A DNA stretch of 64,000 bases from Dimorphilus gyrociliatus (taxonomy: Eukaryota > Animalia > Annelida), in assembly GCA_904063045.1 (NCBI GenBank), contig CAJFCJ010000010.1:372001-436000 (forward strand), read 5' to 3'. The notes under the pieces were generated by a model, which did not search any database, was not told the DNA's origin, and worked only from the letters and a program-made list of their open reading frames with translations. The position numbers were made by a program, and so were the translations under genes. Positions 56,577-64,000 of this stretch are shown here, in pieces. The first letter of the stretch is position 1. Each line of letters begins with the position of its first letter.

Positions 56577-57921
56577 ATGTCATCGGATGTGAGTTCTTTG
56601 TATACGTAGTTAAGATAAAAATATTTATTTCAAGATATGTTTTGGATAATTTCACTTGTTTTCATTATTTTATTATCGCTCTTGTCACAGATTGTTGATC
56701 CTAAGGCTGACGGCGATAACTGTTTAAAAAACAAGAAATACATCGAAGCCATGCTTCATTATACAAAAGCTACAAAAATTGATCCGAAAAATGCTAAAAT
56801 ATATAGCAATAGATCCCTTGCTTTCCTACGGGTTAGTCATTGTCTAAAACTCCTCTCTCATTTGTAACTAATCAAAATTCTCACGAAACAGTTAGATCAA
56901 TATTTCTATGCCTTGGAAGATGCCAATAAAGCAATCAAATTAGAGCCAACCTGGGCGAAGGTTGACTGATAAATAAAATAAAACATAGTGCTATTAAATT
57001 ATCATTACAGGGCTACTTTAGAAGAGGTGAAGTCTATTTTTGCACTCAACATTATAAGAAAGCATTACAAAGCTATCAAGTAAGACAAATATAGCTTCTT
57101 TATTATCTTTAGTCGTCAATTATTAAAGTTGCCATGTTTTTTTTTAATTTTCCTAATAGCAAGGCTTAGATTTCGATCCAAATGACAAAACTCTGCTGAA
57201 CGCTAGGCAATTAGCAAGCATAAAATGGGACACTTTAAGGACATGTTAGTCTAAAATACTTCTCCTATTTATATCCTTATCTCTCCCTCTCTCTTTTTCT
57301 CTGTCTAATAAACACTGTTTAATTATTAATTATCTACATTTATAGCTGAAGCAAGGATACCGGTAATTGGCATGATTATCGGAATGATCTTTGGCATAGC
57401 GGTTGTCCTGTTTGACCACTATCTAAATCAACCATCTGTAATACAAGTAATATACATATAAATTTATATATATTAATATATATGATCTTTTAGTATTTTT
57501 GAATAGAGGTAGAATGTAATTTATTAAACTACGATTTCTATCCTACAGAATAGCGTTCTAAAAATGATTATAGCTGCTTCATTTACGGCTCTCGCTTATG
57601 GAGTATCCTTAGCTTATAGGTAAAAAAAAAACACTATGTTTCAATGTCTTACTTTCTAGAATATATCTACCTTCTTATCTATTTCAAATTGACAAAGAGA
57701 ATTTAATTAAAGTTTTTATCTATTTAGAGGTTTCAACCGATCTCAAAGAAGAGGGCTATTGGAATCTCCTGTAGATTTATTTGGTATATTTTAGTTTATT
57801 TCAATTATGATCATGTTTTCATTTTATATAAATCTATTAACAAACAGGTACTGGTGATGAACCACAAGAAAAGCCATCTGTTCCCCCTCCAAATGTTCGG
57901 CCAAAGGCTAAACGATCATAG
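56577..57921 (+). CDS. TPR (3 repeats, Hop/STI1-like) protein with two C-terminal transmembrane helices; 9 exons
   Basis: MSSD|IVDPKADGDNCLKNKKYIEAMLHYTKA...YSNRSLAF|LDQYFYALEDA...WAK|GYFRRG...YQ|QGLDFDP, then hydrophobic PVIGMIIGMIFGIAVVLFD and VLKMIIAASFTALAYGV, ending RPKAKRS*. Confidence 0.85.
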
Positions 57922-57973
57922 TTGAATAGTAAAAAATATTAATTTTCAGCTGACATTTAATATAGTTTTTACT

Positions 57974-58297
57974 TTAATAAACTTCTCCAAAATGATTGCT
58001 CGTCATTTTCCCATCAGCAAATGAGTAGTTCAAATCCCAGCATATTTCACAGGATTCGCATACGTCATTATTAAAGCCAACAAACGATTTTATTTCGGGA
58101 AATCTACAATTCACTTTATTGTATTTTAAACACCTTAACAGAGGACATCCAAGCTTTCCTTCATTCTTAAAATAATGATCCTAAAAGCAATATTAACGAT
58201 AGTAATGTTGGAATATACATATACTGCATGATCTCACCTTGTCAGCAAATGATAAGAGTACCAAAGAAAGAAAACATAGGGCAAAGAGCTTAATCAT
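57974..58297 (-). CDS. Small secreted six-cysteine peptide, 88 aa; exons 58297-58238 and 58180-57974
   Basis: Exon 1 is essentially a signal peptide, MIKLFALCFLSLVLLSFA-DK, ending in AAG|gtgaga. A 57-nt intron follows, then a stop-free exon 2 DHYFKNEGKLGCPLLRCLKYNKVNCRFPEIKSFVGFNNDVCESCEICWDLNYSFADGKMTSNHFGEVY*. Confidence 0.72.
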
Positions 58298-58379
58298 GAT
58301 ATATTCTTTAATGCGTATCAGCTGAATGTGGAAATTTGAACAAAATATTTGGCAGTAGTACGTTTTGTTAATCCGCTGT

Positions 58380-61272
58380 CTAATTTATAACGGATAAATC
58401 ATTTTTTATAATTCTTTTTGACCTGCTTAATTCTTCCCAAACTTGTTCGCTTTCGTTTGTAAAAAATTTTATGGATCTATCGATTTCGTTCCATTCCTCA
58501 GCTGGCGTCGGCCAATTAATTTTAATTTTCCAATCCCTCTTTTTAGTTTCATTTGTAATTTTTTGTAATTTATTACCTTTTTCAACATTACTGCTCACAT
58601 TTTTTGGTTTGTGTAGACGCCAGTCTTTATTTCCTAACTTATCGACTAGAAATTTTTGATTCTTTGTTAATCTATCCCATATTTCTTTTCTATTGGACAT
58701 AACCGATGGAAGATGCGCTAAATTTTGAGCAAATCTATACCAAGTTGGCTAAATTTGAAAAGAAAAACAGTATTTATATTAAATTTGTGATTAATAAATT
58801 ATAGACAAAAAGTACTTTCTCATCCAGAATACGAGCTTCTGTCAATTTCTCATTAATAATAGCTGTTCTAGATCGGACAAAGTTATGCTGTAAATTCTGC
58901 TCGCTTATCTTCTCCCATTCTTTCTCGTTAAAAGAAGAATCCAATTTCTTAAATTGATTCAATTATATAAATGTATATACTTTCAATTTCAATTGAACGT
59001 ACTTTTGACAATCTTGTTATTGAATGATCCAACTTTACTTTCGCTATAAGCCGACTGGGTAGAGATAGTGAACTTGGACGAAGTATAGGCTGTTTCCTTA
59101 TAGCTATAAAACGATAAACAGTAAAAAAAAGTAAAAAACAGTTTTAATTTTGATCGATAATAGACCGCTTTTATGCGCCATTGACCTTTGGAGTTAACCA
59201 AAAGCTGTGTGAAAACTGATTTTGCTCCTGTCAACTATTTGAGCTATGAAATTAATTATAGACACAGACGCTGGATGCGATGACGCGGCGGCCATCCTAT
59301 TAGCACTTTCACACAAGGATGTCGAAATTGTTGCAATTACTACTGTACATGGAAACACCAATGCAAGACAAGTTGGAAAAAACGTATTGAGAATCCTAGA
59401 TCTCGCAAATAGATTGGATATTCCTGTATATTCTGGTTGCGAAAATTCTCTTATAGGCGATAATGTACATGCAGCTTCTTATCATGGTAAAGATGGTCTT
59501 GGTGATGTTCCAGACGAAAATCAAGTTCCTGAAACCCTTTTGAAAGATAAGCATGCTTCAGTCGCCTTGGTTGAATATGCTAAGAAATATGCTGGAGAAA
59601 TAAGCCTGATTTGTATGGCTCCCCTAACCAATATTGCTGTGGCAATGAACTTGAGCCCCAACTTTGACAAAAATATTAAAGACGTTTTCATTATGGGTGG
59701 TAATATCTATGGTCAGGGTAATGCTACGATTATGGGAGAATTTAACTTCGTAGCAGATCCAGAAGCGGCATATACCGTTCTAAATGGGCTTAATCGACAT
59801 AATTTGACAATTTGTCCTTGGGAATTATGCCTGAAAAGTTATCTATCATGGGTTAGTATTTTTTTCATTATTTTTAAGAAATATCAATCTTTTTTAAAGA
59901 CCCGAGCTTGTTTTGTCATTAGGACTGGTATCGTAAGTATTCCGAAAAGGGAACAAAGAAATCTGCCTTTATGAAAAAAGTGGAGAAAGTAGGGATTTCT
60001 AACGATCCAGAAGAAACCAATTTTAAGGGATATGTGACTGCAGATCAAACTATAATGGCAGTTGCTTTAAATCCAAAAGTTGTAAAAAAAGATGCTTTTG
60101 CCCATTGCTCTATTGAACTTTCGGGCAAGTACTGCCGAGGTCAAATGATAGTGGATTGGAGAAATGTTCAAGGCAAAACTAATCCGAAATTTCGAATAAT
60201 AGAAGAGTTAGATTTAGATATTTTTTCCGATATGCTAGAGGCAAGCGTATTGTAATTTTCATGAATGATTTTAAGTTTACCTGCAGGCTTTTCAGCTTGC
60301 TCTGAGTTCCTCCTTAAGCGTTCTAATAAGATTTCAGTTTCTTCTAATTCTAAAGATGATCAAAAAGATTAAAATACAATGTATAAAACAGTAAACAACC
60401 ATAGTAAACAAAATGTCTTACTCAAATCAGTTCGTTTCTTTCTCCTTGGAATAATTGAAGGTTTTGTTTCTTTAACCCTCTCTTTCTTTATTTTCCCTTT
60501 TAACATTTCCAGTTTACTACGAACATAATCTTCAAGTTGTTTTTCTTCATCTTCTTGAGCCTTAAAGTTATTGAAAAATTATTAAAGAAGGAAAAAGTAT
60601 TTCGTGTTTATAAGTACCTTATCTATAAATGTACCTTCGCTATATTCAAGTAAGTCTTCGAAATCTTTAATATTTTCCCCTCTTTCACTAGAATCTGTTA
60701 GTTCTTCTTCATTAAATACCTCTGTTCCTGTTTCAAAATCTTCAGTATACAAATATCCAGTTGTTGGTGCTGATGTTCGCGATATACTAATTTCAGAAGG
60801 TTTTCGCCTGAAATTTCAGTAAAGTTCATACTTGTTACAAGTAGATGATCTACTACTACCGTCTAGGGGAATATGCAGAGGATATAGCCGTCTCAAAGTC
60901 ACTTTTATATAGCTGATAAATTTGACTATCATCTGTCGTGGTTGGATCACTTCCATTTTCCTCTGAAGAATTAAAGCTGTTGAAGGTTGTAGTATAGCTA
61001 TAAGTTTTTGATTTTCTAGGTGTTGGTATTGGGGATCGGGTGCTGTAAGTTGGGGAAGAAACAAAGGAGCTTGTGCTATTCGAACTAGAGTAGGATGATT
61101 CGGTATCTGTAAAATCCTTTTCATTTGTTTTTGATAAGTCTATGGCAGTGGATTCACTTGTTACGGTAGAATAGCTGCTGGTCTATTGTAGATTAATTCT
61201 GATTAGAGAAATAAATATCATTTTCTTTCAGTTATATACCTCTATATCTGAAGAAGTTTCTGTTGAAGTCAT
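58380..61272 (-). CDS. Uncharacterised Ser/Thr-rich and coiled-coil protein, about 451 aa, 8 exons; hosts the nested nucleoside hydrolase in intron 5 (60280-59104)
   Basis: Exons 61272-61240, 61182-60860, 60807-60618, 60560-60422, 60349-60281, 59103-59003, 58947-58816, 58748-58380. All GT-AG and in phase; the junction across the large intron reads ..EKPA|AIRKQPILRP.. Confidence 0.65.
59246..60255 (+). CDS. Inosine-uridine preferring nucleoside hydrolase family protein; exons 59246-59851 and 59923-60255
   Basis: N-terminal DTDAGCDDA (DxDxxxDD Ca2+-binding motif), HGNT, HGKDGLGD, PLTNIA, IMGG, EFNFVADPEAA, and C-terminal RGQMIVDW. Confidence 0.95.
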
Positions 61273-61756
61273 TATATTTTCTTTTCAAGAATATTTTAGT
61301 TTCTTTCGTGTTCAAACAGAACTCTTCTAATTCTCCCTATCATCGCTCAATTAAATTCTTTTGGCCTTTGAAAAATAATTGATAGGCTTATTTTTACGTT
61401 TTAAAAAGATTTTTATGTTATAAATTTTTATTTCTATCTTCAATAATGATATGCTTAAAATATAAATTCTCTAATTATGCACTAAATTCAAAATGTTTGA
61501 TATTCCACAATAATAACGCCATCTATAATCTAAGAATTTTATCATTTTCGATGATACCTCTAATACAATATTCAATTGCTATTCTATAGAGCAAAATTGA
61601 GAGAACATAAAATACAAACAAGAATATAAAAATGTAAATATTAGTTTATTACAAAAATTAAAGCAAAGGCCTAGAAAGTCTTTTTTTTTAAATAAAGAAA
61701 TCATTAATAAACATGTATCATATTAGATCACGCATACTTGAGAAAAAAAAACACCA

Positions 61757-64000
61757 CTATATCTTTTGGTCTTCAAATTTGAAAGCAGGATTGGTTGAAC
61801 AGCTTTCTTTGTAGTCTCTCTCCACAAGTTCTCTTTCCTCTCTATACTCGTCTCTATAGGGTCCCCATTCAGAGGTTGAAGAAACAGCAATTGTTATAGC
61901 CTAAACAATAAATAAACCATCCGTTAGAAAATTCACAATAAATTTTAAATGGTGAAGACTAATAAACTCCTTTACCTTTTGAAAAGAGCCACTGCTTTTA
62001 TAGGCTTTAAATAGTTCTATTAGTGCTAATAATGGTATAACAAAAAGAGCTGCAGCAACCATTAGCCATCCCAAACCATTAGCCCAATCCGGATATACGT
62101 ACCCACCATACTTGAACTTTTGATAATTACGTATGGAAAATCCCAAGATAAACTATATGCGTTAAAAAATAGAGAAAATATAATTTGCACCGATTAGAAT
62201 ACTTAATCAAACGTACTAAAATTAAAGCAGGTGTGCAAAAAATCCACATTGCCAACCAATAATAGTCAGGTTTAAAGCCAAGCATACATTTAATATCTCT
62301 GGAAAATCTTCTAAAATCTAATTGATTTGTTTGAAGAATATTCATTACTTGCAAACTATTATAATAATATCAATTGTTTTTTACCATATATCCATGCAAT
62401 AGCAATTAGTTCCAGGAGGGATACAATCATCAAAGCATAGCTTGCTGAATAATTATCGAATAGTTGCATAACATAAATTCCTCCTCTCGAGCATTGTGGC
62501 AAACCGATTAAAAAGAATAAAGAGCATATGAATGCGGTAAAAATAATTTTGTATTTTCTTAAAGTTTTAAATTCATCGGATATTGCAGTTATAACCGTTT
62601 CCATCATGGTAAATTGACTGTCCAATCCTAAGGTTAGCAACATGATAAAAAATAATATAGACCAAAAAGTGGATACAGGCATCATTGCTATTCCCTCAGG
62701 ATAGACTATAAATACTAGACCAGGGCCTAAGGAATTATTTAAATATTACTCAGTAATTAGCATAAATGCTACTTATCAAAATAGATATACCTCCATCTAC
62801 TACATCTTCTATAGGCAATCCCGATCTATGAGACATATGACCAATCAGAGCAAAGACAGCAAATCCAGCTATAATTTTATTAATTAGTGAATTCATAGTA
62901 AAAAGATACTTTAAGTTACCCAATATACTCGTGAAGCAGTTGAGAATAGCCACAAAGATAGCATCCCTATAAACATTATTTTTGAATTTATTATAGCTAG
63001 CCATCGTTTCCAAACCACCAAAGGCGACGCCCAAAGAATAGAATATTTGTGTAGCCGCATCATGCCAAGGCTATTTATGCAGAAATCTTTTTTTAATGCA
63101 AATTGTATGTGAAAAATTCTTGCCTTACCTTGGAATCTTTCAGATTTTCCCATTTAGGTATAACGTAATATTCTATACCATCTTTCGCTCCATCGAGTAG
63201 AGATCCCCGAATCAACAGAATGATTATAACAATGTATGGGAAAACAGCTGTAAAATATACGACTTTTCCAGACGATTTTATTCCCTTTATTAAACAAAGG
63301 AAAACAACAATCCACGATAAAAGAAGGCATAAGACCAAGTACCATTTGAACTCGGAAGTTGCATCATCAATGCCTCCGGATATGTCTAAAACTTCTCTCC
63401 TAATAAGGAAAACGTGTGTAATTTGTAGACAAAAAGAGATTTGATCCTATTCAATACTTACTCCCAATAGATTTGAGCAGGAGAAACAGGATTACACATC
63501 AACCCATAGTTCGATCCAATTGGCAAAGTACCATTGTCGCATTGTGCTCCTTAATTTTATTAAAGATGAAAGTCACAAATATTTATACATAGGATTAATA
63601 TATCATCAATCTCTTACTGATTTCTTCCCTCCTAATTGTCGCATTTTCTCCAAGATCTCTCAAACTACAATTGTACTTTGTTATCCACTCATCTTTGCAC
63701 TCTGACCACGGTACGTCAGATCGAAATGATGCAAAGAGGTAGTAAAAACCGTACGCAATTATCATATTGTAGTAAATACAAACAAGTGCCGATATTATCA
63801 CCATAGCATATCCAAGTCCTTTAAACAACGGCATTGCTGCCCAAACTGATATTGGTCCCAAAGAACCGTATTGACCAAATGCCATTTCAAGAAAAAAGAG
63901 TGGCAATCCAGCGAATATCAACATAATAACATAAGGAATAAGGAAAGAGGCTGTTCGTAATTAAAAATAAAAAAATTGAGCCTATAATCTTAAAATTGTT
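61757..64000 (-). CDS. SLC6 Na+/Cl- dependent transporter, amino-acid (GlyT/PROT-like) branch; 5' end outside the window
   Basis: GLPLFFLEMAFGQY, YYNMIIAY, KSSGKVVYFTAVFPY, AATQIFYSLGVAFGG...SYNKF, NCFTS, LGLDSQF, YVYPDWANGLGW; tail SEWGP...DQKI* with stop at 61759-61757. Confidence 0.95.

Noticed and set aside
58297-58422. Possible 43-nt intron (58422-58380) fusing the orphan protein in frame to the Cys-peptide as a TM protein
   Set aside because: Shorter than the other introns I modelled (52 nt or more), and the signal peptide sits neatly in its own exon. RNA-seq would settle it.
59104-59181. Independent start MAHKS (ATG 59181) only 64 nt from the hydrolase ATG
   Set aside because: Needs a weak donor (gtctat). 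The phase-matched splice from 60281 explains the downstream exons better, though a minor isoform is not excluded.
60816-61124. ORF-track 102-aa minus-strand ORF, and a suspected frameshift near 61130
   Set aside because: Wrong frame. Recounting the A-run (TCA AAA ACA AAT GAA) shows the Ser/Thr-rich frame is continuous, so there is no frameshift.

Overview
This window is AT-rich, gene-dense eukaryotic genomic DNA with many short (about 50-90 nt) GT-AG introns. The gene content is that of an invertebrate animal with a compact genome, possibly a lophotrochozoan such as a miniaturised annelid (inference only). I assembled about 17 spliced gene models by hand from splice sites and intron phase. 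In order: TDH (3' end outside the window), bestrophin, an intronless peripherin-2/ROM1-like tetraspanin, an unknown coiled-coil gene, a ~16 kb CAMTA, Tim17 (head-to-head with CAMTA across two NRF1-type sites), a PP1 glycogen-targeting subunit, a ~1160-aa FEM1-like-ankyrin/ankyrin-array/CARD gene, an orphan multi-exon gene, a BTB-less kelch protein starting MGTGC, a divergent PLP/M6 proteolipid, a NEK kinase, a TPR+2TM protein, an 88-aa secreted six-cysteine peptide, a Ser/Thr-rich orphan whose intron holds an antisense nucleoside hydrolase, and an SLC6 transporter (5' end outside the window). The M6-like, Cys-peptide and 41-44 kb orphan genes are invisible in the ORF track, Tim17 appears only as its 3' fragment, and the nested-gene structure is not shown. 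The most interesting items are the FEM1-ANK-CARD architecture with a candidate internal promoter giving a short isoform, the secreted Cys-rich peptide, and the nested nucleoside hydrolase. No tRNA, rRNA, CRISPR array or intact mobile element was recognised. All homology calls come from recalled family motifs, not database searches.
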